A stretch of 64,000 bases of DNA from an uncultured Gammaproteobacteria bacterium (GTDB taxonomy: Bacteria; Patescibacteriota; Microgenomatia; UBA10105; UBA927), in contig CAZGOA010000001.1 in assembly GCA_964527425.1 (NCBI GenBank), forward strand, positions 20,842-84,841. The letters run 5' to 3'. This document shows positions 10,521 through 20,292 of the stretch, one piece after another (within the stretch, counting starts at the first letter, position 1; the number at the start of each line of letters is the position of its first letter). The notes under the pieces were generated by a model. It was not told the origin of the DNA, did not search any database, and saw only the letters and a program-made list of their open reading frames with translations. The translations under genes were made by a program, and so were the position numbers.

Positions 10521-11135
10521 CTATTGAAACAAACGAGAAAATTTGAGGGTATATCGTAAATCTGTTGATCTTTTTTTTATTTCTTTAGCGGGAACACCTC
10601 CCACAACACTATATTCATCTACATCTTTGGTTACTACAGCTCCGGATGCGATAACAGCACCTTTTTTAATAGTTACACCAGGTAAAATTGTGACACGCGA
10701 ACCTATAACAACATAATCTTCAATTTTGACTGGTGCTCCAATTTCTGCAAAATAAGGATCATCAATATCATGCTCCATACTATATATTCTTACTTCACCT
10801 GCTATTGAAACGTTATTTCCAATTTGTATGGATCTCTGTGGCGGATTAATAAAATCCTTTAAATACCTTGCCATTTTATTTTTGTAAGAGGAAGTATGAT
10901 TATCAGACCAAGTTCGTTTAAATCTGCCATCTAGAAACGCATCATTACCGATAATAGTATTTGAACCAATTTCGATTCCACTGGGTAGATTAAATCGAGC
11001 CAACCAATGTATTGATGAGTCACGACCGATCTTTATTCTAAAAATATGCCTATAAAGAAATAAACGTATAGTATGACTCGGAATAATTCCAGTTAAGGTT
11101 GCAAGATAAACCCAAAAATCAATAAAAAATCTCAT
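10521..11135 (-). CDS. sugar O-/N-acetyltransferase, left-handed beta-helix (hexapeptide repeat)
   Basis: '[46 protein letters not shown]' hexapeptide repeats. Confidence 0.75.
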   Translation of the reverse strand: MRFFIDFWVYLATLTGIIPSHTIRLFLYRHIFRIKIGRDSSIHWLARFNLPSGIEIGSNTIIGNDAFLDGRFKRTWSDNHTSSYKNKMARYLKDFINPPQRSIQIGNNVSIAGEVRIYSMEHDIDDPYFAEIGAPVKIEDYVVIGSRVTILPGVTIKKGAVIASGAVVTKDVDEYSVVGGVPAKEIKKRSTDLRYTLKFSRLFQ

Positions 11136-11138
11136 AGA

Positions 11139-12266
11139 TTATAACTCTCCTCTACCAACTTGTTCTAATATATCCAATGTTTTTTTTGCTGCACTATCCC
11201 AGCTAAATAAATCTACTCGTTCAAGACCAATTTCTATTCTTCTTCTTCCAGCTGGCGTTTGTTTTTCAAGTAACGCCTTTTTTATTCCTGCAGCAATATC
11301 TTCTGTATCTTCTGGCTTAATCATCACTCCTGCATCACCAGCTATTTCAGGTAAACTTGACACATTACTCACGACAATAGGAATTCCATAAGCCATAGCC
11401 TCTAGAACTGGCAAACCAAATCCTTCATATAAACTAGGTAATACAAAACATGCTCCTTGCTTGTACAGCTCAGGAAGATGTTCATCTGGCACAAAATCAA
11501 GGAATTTGACAGAGGATTCAACATTATTTTTTTTAGGTGAATCTAATATTTCTTCATATAACCAACCCTTTTTTCCTACTATGACTAACTCATATTCTTT
11601 AAAATCAGGCAATTGTTTTATCAGAGAGAATGCTTCAATAAGTTTGCTAAAATTTTTTCGCGGCTGAAGTGTTCCTACAGAAAGAATATATGGTTTATGA
11701 AGATTATAAACTTCTTGAACTGAATATTTTTTTATTGTGGTAGTCATACGAAACCCCGGATATGTAACAACTATACGAGATGATGGAATATTATATGCTT
11801 TAATTATAGCATTGCGGCTGAATTCACTTATAGTGAATACAGCTTTTGCTCGTTTTACGCTATATTCTGTCCAGTGTACAAGTTGATACAAATCCTTTTT
11901 TTTAAATAATCCCGGATACTCAAGATATGACATATCCATAATCGACATCACGCGAGGAATAGTAAGAAAACGAGGAATATAATGCGTCGGAGAAAATATG
12001 ACATCTGGTTTTTGAGGAGATTTCATTATTCCCATGGGCAAGCCAATAAACGTCCACAAAGAACGGGGTTTTAAAATAATATATTTCCACCAAGATGTTT
12101 CTAATGGCAAATCTTCAAGAGGATTTGTAGGAAGATATACTGTTACGTTGGATGTCTGATTTTTTTTCATTAAATCATAAAGACCATTAAGTGTCTCATA
12201 GGCATAAGAACCTATGCCTACTCGATTACGCACATTCGCTTCATAACCATCTATTGCAATATTCAT
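11139..12266 (-). CDS. glycosyltransferase family 4
   Basis: 'YEGFGLPVLEAMAYGIPIVVSNVSSLPEIAGDAG'. Confidence 0.8.
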   Translation of the reverse strand: MNIAIDGYEANVRNRVGIGSYAYETLNGLYDLMKKNQTSNVTVYLPTNPLEDLPLETSWWKYIILKPRSLWTFIGLPMGIMKSPQKPDVIFSPTHYIPRFLTIPRVMSIMDMSYLEYPGLFKKKDLYQLVHWTEYSVKRAKAVFTISEFSRNAIIKAYNIPSSRIVVTYPGFRMTTTIKKYSVQEVYNLHKPYILSVGTLQPRKNFSKLIEAFSLIKQLPDFKEYELVIVGKKGWLYEEILDSPKKNNVESSVKFLDFVPDEHLPELYKQGACFVLPSLYEGFGLPVLEAMAYGIPIVVSNVSSLPEIAGDAGVMIKPEDTEDIAAGIKKALLEKQTPAGRRRIEIGLERVDLFSWDSAAKKTLDILEQVGRGEL

Positions 12267-12874
12267 ACAGTAAACCCAGGATATATAACCTTTAATTTAT
12301 CGATTGAAACTCCAAATATTGTATTCATATCTCTTTTTGTCGCCTCAGAATCACATAAAAATATTCCACATTCATCAATTGCCCGATTCAATCTTCGTTT
12401 TTGTGTAGAAACAATATCTGCTTTATATATAAATGACCAAGGGTTAAATGAAATTCTTTGAGCTGTTTCATAAGGGTGTTTATAGACTATTAAATCATGA
12501 ATAGTTGTTATTCCTTTTGCAGTTTTCAGTGGTGGCTGACTCCAATCACTACTCCAGAATATATCTATATTTCCTATAAGTCGCTCTATAGAGAGAATAT
12601 GCAACCTATTCCAAAGAATGTCGAGTAACAATGGAGGAAACGGAAATAATCGCAACTGAATATTCTTATGAGTTTTTTGAAGTGTAGTTACATAATCCTT
12701 AATACGTTTTTGTTGTCTTAATGAACTTCCAAATAAGATATATTCATTTGTAGTATCTATCTTAATAAGTGCTGCAACTAACTCTTCAACATATCTTGCA
12801 ACACCAGTTCCGTTGTATACAATTTGACTAATATCTATACCAATTTTCATACTATTACTAACTACTATAGCCAT
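12263..12874 (-). CDS. GT4 N-terminal-domain-only protein (truncated/split glycosyltransferase)
   Basis: 'MKIGIDISQIVYNGTGVARYVEEL' resembles a GT4 N-domain start. The ORF ends '...KLKVIYPGFTV', exactly where the downstream full GT4's N-domain ends ('RIVVTYPGFRM'). It has no C-terminal E-x7-E domain. Confidence 0.5.
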   Translation of the reverse strand: MAIVVSNSMKIGIDISQIVYNGTGVARYVEELVAALIKIDTTNEYILFGSSLRQQKRIKDYVTTLQKTHKNIQLRLFPFPPLLLDILWNRLHILSIERLIGNIDIFWSSDWSQPPLKTAKGITTIHDLIVYKHPYETAQRISFNPWSFIYKADIVSTQKRRLNRAIDECGIFLCDSEATKRDMNTIFGVSIDKLKVIYPGFTV

Positions 12875-13850
12875 TAGGATGACTCTTATGCCATTTAAGA
12901 GCAGAAGAAATAATTGAGGGTAATTCTGAATGAGTTGGTTTCCATCCTAAATCTTTCATTATTTTCTGAGGATCGGCTACTAAAATATTCGGATCTCCAG
13001 CCCTTCTTTGCGATTCTATTACTGCAAAATCACTTCCGGTTTGTTTTTTAACTTCTGCAATTACTTCTCTATTGGTAACGCCTAAACCTGTTCCTATATT
13101 GTAGACATCAGATGCATGACCGTTTACTAACGCATCCAGCGCTAATAGATGAGCATCACACAAATCATCTAAATGAATATAATCTCTTTCACATGAACCA
13201 TCCCGTGTTTCATAGTCTGTTCCATATAAAGAGAATGTCTCTCTATATCCTAAAGCAGTTTTAATAGCCAGTGGAATCATATGAGGTTCGGGATCATGAT
13301 CTTCTCCATTTTCACCATCTTGCGAGGCACCTGAGGCATTAAAATACCGTAAAGCAATTGACTTAAATACATTCCTTCTATCATAAATATTTAACATTTG
13401 CTCCATACATAGTTTAGATAAGCCATAGGGAGATTCAGGGTTTTTTATATGGTCCTCAGGTATAGGTACTTTGGTTGGAATTCCATACACTGCCGCCGTT
13501 GATGAAAAAATCATATACTTCGTACCAAATGCTTCCATAGTTTCAAGTAAAGCAAGTGGTTCAATTAAATTATTGTTAAAATATTTAACAGGATTACGTA
13601 CAGATTCTTCTACTGATAAATACGCTGCAAAATGTATTACACCTTCAAATCGGTTTTTTTCAAAGAGACTTGTAAGTAGATCTTTATCTCCTGTAGAACC
13701 TTTTACGAAGTTAATCTCATTAGGAATTGAATCTTTATGTCCATGTTCTAGCGTATCAAGAACGGTTATAGTACTTTCAGAACGCTTTGCAAGCATTCTG
13801 ACCATGTGACTACCAATATATCCAGCTCCACCAGTAATTAATAGATTCAT
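12858..13850 (-). CDS. galE: UDP-glucose/UDP-GalNAc 4-epimerase
   Basis: 'MNLLITGGAGYIGSH', 'LRYFNASGA', 'YGxxK' (PYGLSK). Confidence 0.85.
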   Translation of the reverse strand: MNLLITGGAGYIGSHMVRMLAKRSESTITVLDTLEHGHKDSIPNEINFVKGSTGDKDLLTSLFEKNRFEGVIHFAAYLSVEESVRNPVKYFNNNLIEPLALLETMEAFGTKYMIFSSTAAVYGIPTKVPIPEDHIKNPESPYGLSKLCMEQMLNIYDRRNVFKSIALRYFNASGASQDGENGEDHDPEPHMIPLAIKTALGYRETFSLYGTDYETRDGSCERDYIHLDDLCDAHLLALDALVNGHASDVYNIGTGLGVTNREVIAEVKKQTGSDFAVIESQRRAGDPNILVADPQKIMKDLGWKPTHSELPSIISSALKWHKSHPNGYSS

Positions 13851-13897
13851 ACATTTATTCTACCCTAAACCCAATAGAATATGAATTGTTAAAGTAA

Positions 13898-14122
13898 TTA
13901 TTGTTTTTTATTAATCAGTGACACTATTACTGATATAAACATAAAAAAAGCCCCATACATTACCAGCCGCTGTGCAGTAAAAAAAATCCATTGTGAGTAT
14001 AGGGGTATTGCAACAAAAAAACAGCACAAACCGGCTGCTACAAATAACCTTCTTCTGCCTAACCATAAAAGAAGAAATAAGACCATAACAAAAATAACAT
14101 CTTGAATCTTAATATCCATCAT
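13898..14122 (-). CDS. small hypothetical membrane protein (2 TM)
   Basis: 74-aa ORF with two hydrophobic segments between the epimerase and decarboxylase genes. No recognisable motif. Confidence 0.3.
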   Translation of the reverse strand: MMDIKIQDVIFVMVLFLLLWLGRRRLFVAAGLCCFFVAIPLYSQWIFFTAQRLVMYGAFFMFISVIVSLINKKQ

Positions 14123-14125
14123 TGT

Positions 14126-15076
14126 CTATGTTGACTGCAGTTTTTTGTAGTAATCGATAGTCAATTCCAAACCTTCATCAATAGATACTTGAGGTTTCCA
14201 CCCCAATGACGAAGATACTTTATGAATATCAGGCTTTCTTTTTTGAGGATCATCTTCTGGGAGTGTGTGTGACTGAATACCAGAAGATGATTGTGTTAAT
14301 TCTATTATTTTTTGAGCTAAATTATTCATTGTGTATTCTTCGGGATTTCCAAGGTTATACACTTCACCAGAAGATCCATCAAACATTACTGAAATTATCC
14401 CAGAAACTAAATCAGATACATAACAAAATGATCTTGTTTGCTCTCCATTTCCATACATCGTAATAGGCTGGTTATTAATTGCTTGATTAATAAAATTAGA
14501 AATTACTCGACCATCTGTAGGTCTCATTCTTGGACCGTACGTATTAAAAATTCTAATGATTCGAGTATCTATGTTATATGTTCTTTTATAGAGCATAGTT
14601 ATCATTTCTCCAAAACGTTTTGCTTCATCATAACAAGCTCTCACTCCAATAGGATTTACATTTCCCCAATAGTCTTCAACTTGAGGGTGTACCAATGGAT
14701 CACCATAAATTTCTGAGGTAGAAGCGAATAAGAAACGAGCGTTATGTTGACGAGCAGTCTGCAGTAAATATCTTGTGCCTTGTGTATTAACTAAGGCTGT
14801 TTCCTCTGGTAATTGTTGGTAGTCTATAACTGATGCTGGAGATGCTAAATGAAATATATAATCAGCTTCTATTGTGGAAGGAAGCGGTTGGCTTACATCA
14901 TATTCTAAAAATAAAAAATACGGATTTGTAAGCGCAGATTCTATATTCGTTTTTGAACCAGTACTAAGATTATCTATACAAATTACCCTCAAACCCCTTT
15001 CTAATAAGACATCACATAAATGTGAACCTATAAAACCTGCACCACCTGTAACTATTGCTGACTCTTGTTTACCCAT
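14126..15076 (-). CDS. UDP-glucuronate decarboxylase (UDP-xylose synthase)-like NAD-dependent SDR
   Basis: 'TGGAGFIGSH', 'YDEAKR', 'RIFNTYGPRM...DGRVISNF' are typical of UXS/ArnA decarboxylases. The track ORF has a 16-codon non-ATG extension; the likely start is ATG at 15076 ('MGKQESAIVTGGAG'). Confidence 0.8.
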   Translation of the reverse strand: MGKQESAIVTGGAGFIGSHLCDVLLERGLRVICIDNLSTGSKTNIESALTNPYFLFLEYDVSQPLPSTIEADYIFHLASPASVIDYQQLPEETALVNTQGTRYLLQTARQHNARFLFASTSEIYGDPLVHPQVEDYWGNVNPIGVRACYDEAKRFGEMITMLYKRTYNIDTRIIRIFNTYGPRMRPTDGRVISNFINQAINNQPITMYGNGEQTRSFCYVSDLVSGIISVMFDGSSGEVYNLGNPEEYTMNNLAQKIIELTQSSSGIQSHTLPEDDPQKRKPDIHKVSSSLGWKPQVSIDEGLELTIDYYKKLQST

Positions 15077-15109
15077 AGTGATATGTATTATAACCTTGGT
15101 AGTATCTTT

Positions 15110-16141
15110 ATGAAAACAACACAAAAAATAGGTATTTCAATTATAGGTGCAGGATATTGGGGACCAAACCTTATCAGGAATTTCAGTTTAGTTCCCCACG
15201 CAAGTGTTCGCTATGTATGTGATTTAGATAAAAGCAAATTGCAACAAATTAAAACTCTTTACCCTACCATTGAAACAACTGCGCAAATTTCAGATGTACT
15301 TAAAGATCAATATACTCAAGCAATTATTATTGCTACCCCTGTAAGAACCCATTATTCCTTGGCTAAAAAGGCACTTGAAGCTGGAAAACACGTATTAGTT
15401 GAAAAACCGATGACATCTTCTATAGAAGATGCCGAAGATCTAATCAACATTGCAAAGAAAAAAGGATGCATATTAGCAGTTGATCATACATTTATTTATA
15501 ACCCTGCTGTTGTGAAGATGAAACATATTATCAAAAAAAAGGAATTGGGGGATTTATTTTACTTTGATTCAGTGAGAGCCAACTTAGGATTGTTTCAAAA
15601 CGATACTAATGTGTTGTGGGATTTAGCTACGCATGATCTATCTATTATGGATTATCTGCTCGATGAAGAACCGGTAGAAATTTCGGCAATAGGTTCATGT
15701 CACATTAAGAAAGGAATCTATAATATCGTTTATGTTACTGTAAAATATCCGAATAATTTACTCGGCCATATTCATGTAAATTGGGTAGCCCCAGTTAAAT
15801 TAAGACAAACTATTGTTTCCGGTTATCATAAAATGATTGCGTACAATGATTTAGAACCTGTAGAAAAAATTAAAGTATATGACAGAAGCATTACGTATAA
15901 AGTAAATCCTGCTGATGAATCATTATACAAATATCAATATCGAGTCGGAGACATTCATTCACCAAGAGTTGATAATGTTGAAGCATTATATAACTTAGCT
16001 GAACATTTTGTCTCATGTATAAAACATAAAAAACAACCGATTACTGATGGTATTTCGGGATTACGTATAGTAAAACTATTAACAGCTGCACAACAATCAC
16101 TGGATTCAAACGGAAGTGTTGTTCTGTTTAACGCTATATAA
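15110..16141 (+). CDS. Gfo/Idh/MocA-family NAD(P)-dependent sugar oxidoreductase (WbpB-like)
   Basis: 'IGISIIGAGYWGPNLIRNF' Rossmann N-terminus. The likely start is ATG 15110 ('MKTTQK'); the track start 15065 is TTG and overlaps the divergent gene. Confidence 0.8.
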   Translation: MKTTQKIGISIIGAGYWGPNLIRNFSLVPHASVRYVCDLDKSKLQQIKTLYPTIETTAQISDVLKDQYTQAIIIATPVRTHYSLAKKALEAGKHVLVEKPMTSSIEDAEDLINIAKKKGCILAVDHTFIYNPAVVKMKHIIKKKELGDLFYFDSVRANLGLFQNDTNVLWDLATHDLSIMDYLLDEEPVEISAIGSCHIKKGIYNIVYVTVKYPNNLLGHIHVNWVAPVKLRQTIVSGYHKMIAYNDLEPVEKIKVYDRSITYKVNPADESLYKYQYRVGDIHSPRVDNVEALYNLAEHFVSCIKHKKQPITDGISGLRIVKLLTAAQQSLDSNGSVVLFNAI

Positions 16142-16145
16142 TTAT

Positions 16146-17252
16146 ATGAATGTACCTTTTGCAGATTTATCACGAATGCATAATCCGATTCGAAAAAAAT
16201 TGGATAAAGCATGGAAAGATGTAGTAGATGCGAATAATTACATTCTTGGAGATCAAGTAGAACAATTTGAACATAAATTTGCTTCTTTTTCTGGAAGTAA
16301 ATATGGCATAGGAGTAGCAAACGGAACAGATGCACTACAACTTGCACTTTTATCACTTGGCATTCAAAAAGGAGATGAAGTTATTATTCCATCTCATACA
16401 TTTATATCAACAGCTCTAGCAGTAAGTTATGCTGGCGCAACCCCTGTATTTGCAGAAATAGAAGAAGACACCTATCTGTTAGATCCAACAAAAATTGAAG
16501 AAAAAATAACTAAAAAAACAAAGGCTATTCTACCAGTATCCTTATATGGACAACCGGTTGATTTATCATCCATACAACAAATTACAAAGAAACATAAACT
16601 AGGATTACTCATTGATGATTGTCAGGCACACGGTGCTACATATAAAGGTAAACCAATGGGTGAATATGGAGATGCTCAAGCATATTCCTTTTATCCAGGT
16701 AAAAACTTAGGAGCGTTTGGAGATGCTGGGTTACTAACAACAAACAATAAAACTATTGAAAAACATGTAAGACTACTTCGCAACATTGGAAGAACAGGCT
16801 GGTATGATCATCCAATTAAAGGATACAACAGTAGACTTGACACTCTTCAAGCCAATATTTTATTAACTAAACTTAAGTATCTTAATAAATGGAATACCGA
16901 TCGTCAAAAAACAGCAGAAATATACAATAAACTACTCCAAGAGTTTCCAATTACGCTCCCAGTCGCAAAACCAGATCGTACCCATATTTATCATCTTTAT
17001 ATAATCAGAACAAAGAGAAGAAAAGAATTTATAAACCATATGTTAAAACATGATGTTCATGTTTCTATTCACTATCCTATTCCAATTCATAAACAAAAAG
17101 CATATAAAGAATTACCAAGCGTTCACCTTCCGATTACAGAAAAAGTTGCCAATGAAGTTGTTTCTCTTCCTCTATTTCCTGGCATTACAATGACGGAACA
17201 AGAATATGTTGCAGATAAAATATCGTTATTCTTTAAAAAATTAACTAAATAG
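16146..17252 (+). CDS. DegT/DnrJ/EryC1/StrS PLP-dependent sugar aminotransferase (WbpE-like)
   Basis: 'ANGTDALQLAL', 'SFYPGKNLGAFGDAG' (PLP lysine present). The likely start is ATG 16146 ('MNVPFADL'), 4 nt after the preceding stop. Confidence 0.8.
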   Translation: MNVPFADLSRMHNPIRKKLDKAWKDVVDANNYILGDQVEQFEHKFASFSGSKYGIGVANGTDALQLALLSLGIQKGDEVIIPSHTFISTALAVSYAGATPVFAEIEEDTYLLDPTKIEEKITKKTKAILPVSLYGQPVDLSSIQQITKKHKLGLLIDDCQAHGATYKGKPMGEYGDAQAYSFYPGKNLGAFGDAGLLTTNNKTIEKHVRLLRNIGRTGWYDHPIKGYNSRLDTLQANILLTKLKYLNKWNTDRQKTAEIYNKLLQEFPITLPVAKPDRTHIYHLYIIRTKRRKEFINHMLKHDVHVSIHYPIPIHKQKAYKELPSVHLPITEKVANEVVSLPLFPGITMTEQEYVADKISLFFKKLTK

Positions 17253-18410
17253 CTTCAAAATCGTTTTAATATCTTTCATTGTCATATCTGGATTATTACC
17301 AAAATACAAACCCTGTTCATGAATCATATTTGCATTAGGATAAGTAGATTTACTTTTTTTGGAGTATTTTTTCATAAATGGTTGAAGGGTCATATCACCA
17401 CCCACAATTGGTCTTATTTCTAAAACACCTTCGCATTTTTTAACTAATTCATCTCGAATCTTCTGAGATTTACAGATTATTGGGACTGCAAAGTTAGATA
17501 ATGTATCTAAATGTGTAAATTTTATAGGGTAAAACCTATCAGATTGCAGGTATAATGTCGAAAAATGATGGAAATTTTCTTCTCTTTTCTTCACTATCTC
17601 ATCTAAGTACGGTAATTGTAATTGTCCGGTAAAACCAGTAATTTCTGTAGGACGAAGATTATATCCTAAATCATAAAAAGTATACCTAGAATAGAATGTC
17701 GAGTTTACTTTAAATTTTCTTCGTATTTCTTCTTGTTTATGAAAAGAAAGATTTCTATCCCATCCATGAGCACGTACTAAATGGAGCATCGTTGCAAGTG
17801 TTTCATCATCAGTACAAATCGCTCCACCTTCAATTGTGGACATATGATGTCCTACATAAAAAGAGAATGTACTAGCTAAACTGTAATTTCCTAATTTTTT
17901 CCCTTTATATACGCTACCTAATGATTCACAATTATCTTCTATTAAGATAATTTTTCTTTTTTTACATATTGCTTCAATTTCATCAATATCATCGCAAAAT
18001 CCTAATAAATTAGTGACAAAAAGTACCTTTAATGACGTTTTTTTTAGTACTGCTAATAAAGTTTTTGAAGATATATTTAATGTATCTACTTCCACATCGA
18101 TTGGCACTGGATTTAATCCTAATTGAATTATTGGCATTACATTTGTAGACCAGGTAACTGCAGAAAATCCGACTTTGTCCCCAACTTTAATCTTTCTTAG
18201 ATTTAACAATGCTTGAATGATTGCTAAATTTGCAGAACTTCCACTATTTACTAAAACGCAATGTTTTCTTTGCTGCCAAGAGGCAAATTGCGATTCAAAT
18301 GTTTTACATTCCGGTCCAAAACTTAATTGCTTGGCGTTAAGAACAAATTGTGACAGTTTTTTTTGCGTTTCTTTTTCTTGATAAAAAGTAGATTTGATGA
18401 GTGGAATCAT
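17241..18410 (-). CDS. DegT-family PLP/PMP enzyme with His replacing the catalytic Lys: 3-dehydratase (ColD/E1-like) candidate
   Basis: DegT-like fold ('LVNSGSSANLAII', 'TIEGGAICTDDE'), but the PLP-lysine position reads 'SFYVGHHMST'. 389 aa. Its 3' end overlaps the convergent aminotransferase by 12 nt. Confidence 0.65.
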   Translation of the reverse strand: MIPLIKSTFYQEKETQKKLSQFVLNAKQLSFGPECKTFESQFASWQQRKHCVLVNSGSSANLAIIQALLNLRKIKVGDKVGFSAVTWSTNVMPIIQLGLNPVPIDVEVDTLNISSKTLLAVLKKTSLKVLFVTNLLGFCDDIDEIEAICKKRKIILIEDNCESLGSVYKGKKLGNYSLASTFSFYVGHHMSTIEGGAICTDDETLATMLHLVRAHGWDRNLSFHKQEEIRRKFKVNSTFYSRYTFYDLGYNLRPTEITGFTGQLQLPYLDEIVKKREENFHHFSTLYLQSDRFYPIKFTHLDTLSNFAVPIICKSQKIRDELVKKCEGVLEIRPIVGGDMTLQPFMKKYSKKSKSTYPNANMIHEQGLYFGNNPDMTMKDIKTILKLFS

Positions 18411-18429
18411 AAATTAATAGTGATATATA

Positions 18430-20292
18430 TCATGTGCGCACAGATACATCAAATATTATTATTTCTTTATCCTCATATACAATAGGAAATTTCTCTTTAA
18501 ACAATGGCAAAGACTCTATGTATGAATAATTATCTTTAGGCTTCAAGGGGAATAAGACATATTGAATATTGTTGTGTTGAAATATTTCCCTATTATCAAT
18601 AGCAGTTTCATTGAACAAGATTGGTACTTCTTTTGTTCTATCAGGTTGTCCAAAATTTCTAAAAAATCCCCAATAGTTTCTGCGTCCTGCTAATGATACT
18701 GGGTCAAAAATATCAGCATATGAAATGAATGTAGATTTCGGAGGCGTACTATCGTGTATCCATTGAATTAACTCGTTTTTACCTGAATATGGAATTCTGT
18801 ACATAAAATCATTTTTTATAACCATAAAATCAATAAAACCTGATGGGATATATAATATAAAACCAATGATACTAATGACCTTAAAGATACGACTTTTCGT
18901 CCATAGTACTGCCAAACCATGTGATGAGACTATTGCAAATAAAATTAAAAAAAGGTTCAAAAATTTTTGATCAAGTTCTGATCCCATCAATATTTTTAAA
19001 CCATAAGCTCCTAGAACTAAAAATAAAAAAGGTAACAGTAATAATTTTTCTGATTTTCTTAAGAAATATATTCCAACTGGAACAGTAATTAAAGCAATTC
19101 CATAATTAACAAAAAATCTATAAAAAACACTAAATTCAGAAGAAAATTTTAGAGAATTTATAGTTGAGATATCTGTTGAAACTGAAGAATACGTAATGTT
19201 CATAATCCATGGTAATAATTCTATTAATCCAATAAAGCTGGAGAGCAATATAAATAAAGACAACGATTGCCATTTTCTGTAAAGTAAATATATTAATCCA
19301 ATTGAATATCCAAATGCTAATGTTAATAAGACATGCCAGTATGGCATTAAACCAATAGATATACCGGCCAATATCGACATTCGTGTTACTGACTGTTTAT
19401 TCTTTAAACTTAGAATCACACATATAAAAAGCATTAAACCAAAAGCCAGTGGAAAAGCTAAATGACGTTGATTCACATACACATTTAAAGTGTGATAAAT
19501 ACTTATAGCAGAACCGTCATACGGTGCTGCAAACATATATGTTGGAATATTCCAAAGTGCAGATAAAGAAATAGAATACTTCTGTAAATAAAACCACCAT
19601 GTTAATGTACTATGACTTAAGACAAATATAACTGCGACTAGCCCAACTATTTTTTTTGATCGCATCAAAATAATTGGAAAATAATAAACAATCATCAATA
19701 AAAGTGTAAATGAGATTATACTAGTAATATTCAACGCATAACCTATTGATAAACCCAGTCGTTCGATAAATCCAGTCCAATAATAAAAAAAGAAATGATA
19801 TATATCTACTGCTCCAGACACGAACGGAGACAAATACGGCACATTATCACCCCAAGAAAAACTACGAATAATTGAGATATTATGACCGAAATCAAATACA
19901 AGATTACTGGCTACCACCAAAGCTTCATCCTGGGTGCGAAACGTTTTATGCATAATATATGAAGAAATAACTAATAATAGAAATAAAACGAGATAGTCGA
20001 AATGGGGAGTAAATATAGCTCGTATAGAAATAGTTTTTTTATGTTTTAGAAAAAACACATAACTTGAAAGAAGAGCTATGCTAATAAACATACCATATGT
20101 AATTTTTAAATTATTCTGTGAAAGAATATCGATTATATAGAGACAAGGAACACTAAAAAATATTCCAAACATTAAAGAAATAAGTGTTTGAAATAGAGTA
20201 TTATTACTCCTAATCTTTACAATTTCTACAATTGCTCTGCCGATGCAATATTGAGTAAAAAAAAGTAGTAAACCCAATAAAATATTAGTCAT
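18430..20292 (-). CDS. polytopic membrane protein with C-terminal extracytoplasmic domain (GT-C-like, family unassigned)
   Basis: 620 aa, about 13 TM helices then a ~140-aa hydrophilic tail. No diagnostic motif recognised. Confidence 0.45.
   Translation of the reverse strand: MTNILLGLLLFFTQYCIGRAIVEIVKIRSNNTLFQTLISLMFGIFFSVPCLYIIDILSQNNLKITYGMFISIALLSSYVFFLKHKKTISIRAIFTPHFDYLVLFLLLVISSYIMHKTFRTQDEALVVASNLVFDFGHNISIIRSFSWGDNVPYLSPFVSGAVDIYHFFFYYWTGFIERLGLSIGYALNITSIISFTLLLMIVYYFPIILMRSKKIVGLVAVIFVLSHSTLTWWFYLQKYSISLSALWNIPTYMFAAPYDGSAISIYHTLNVYVNQRHLAFPLAFGLMLFICVILSLKNKQSVTRMSILAGISIGLMPYWHVLLTLAFGYSIGLIYLLYRKWQSLSLFILLSSFIGLIELLPWIMNITYSSVSTDISTINSLKFSSEFSVFYRFFVNYGIALITVPVGIYFLRKSEKLLLLPFLFLVLGAYGLKILMGSELDQKFLNLFLILFAIVSSHGLAVLWTKSRIFKVISIIGFILYIPSGFIDFMVIKNDFMYRIPYSGKNELIQWIHDSTPPKSTFISYADIFDPVSLAGRRNYWGFFRNFGQPDRTKEVPILFNETAIDNREIFQHNNIQYVLFPLKPKDNYSYIESLPLFKEKFPIVYEDKEIIIFDVSVRT

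Noticed and set aside
18430-20292. Initiating phosphoglycosyltransferase (WecA/MraY-like or WbaP-like) among the unassigned membrane proteins
   Set aside because: None of the polytopic proteins shows the MraY/WecA 'DDxxD' cytoplasmic-loop motifs or a WbaP C-terminal sugar-transferase domain. The initiating enzyme is probably encoded outside the window, or the pathway uses polyprenyl-monophosphate donors only.
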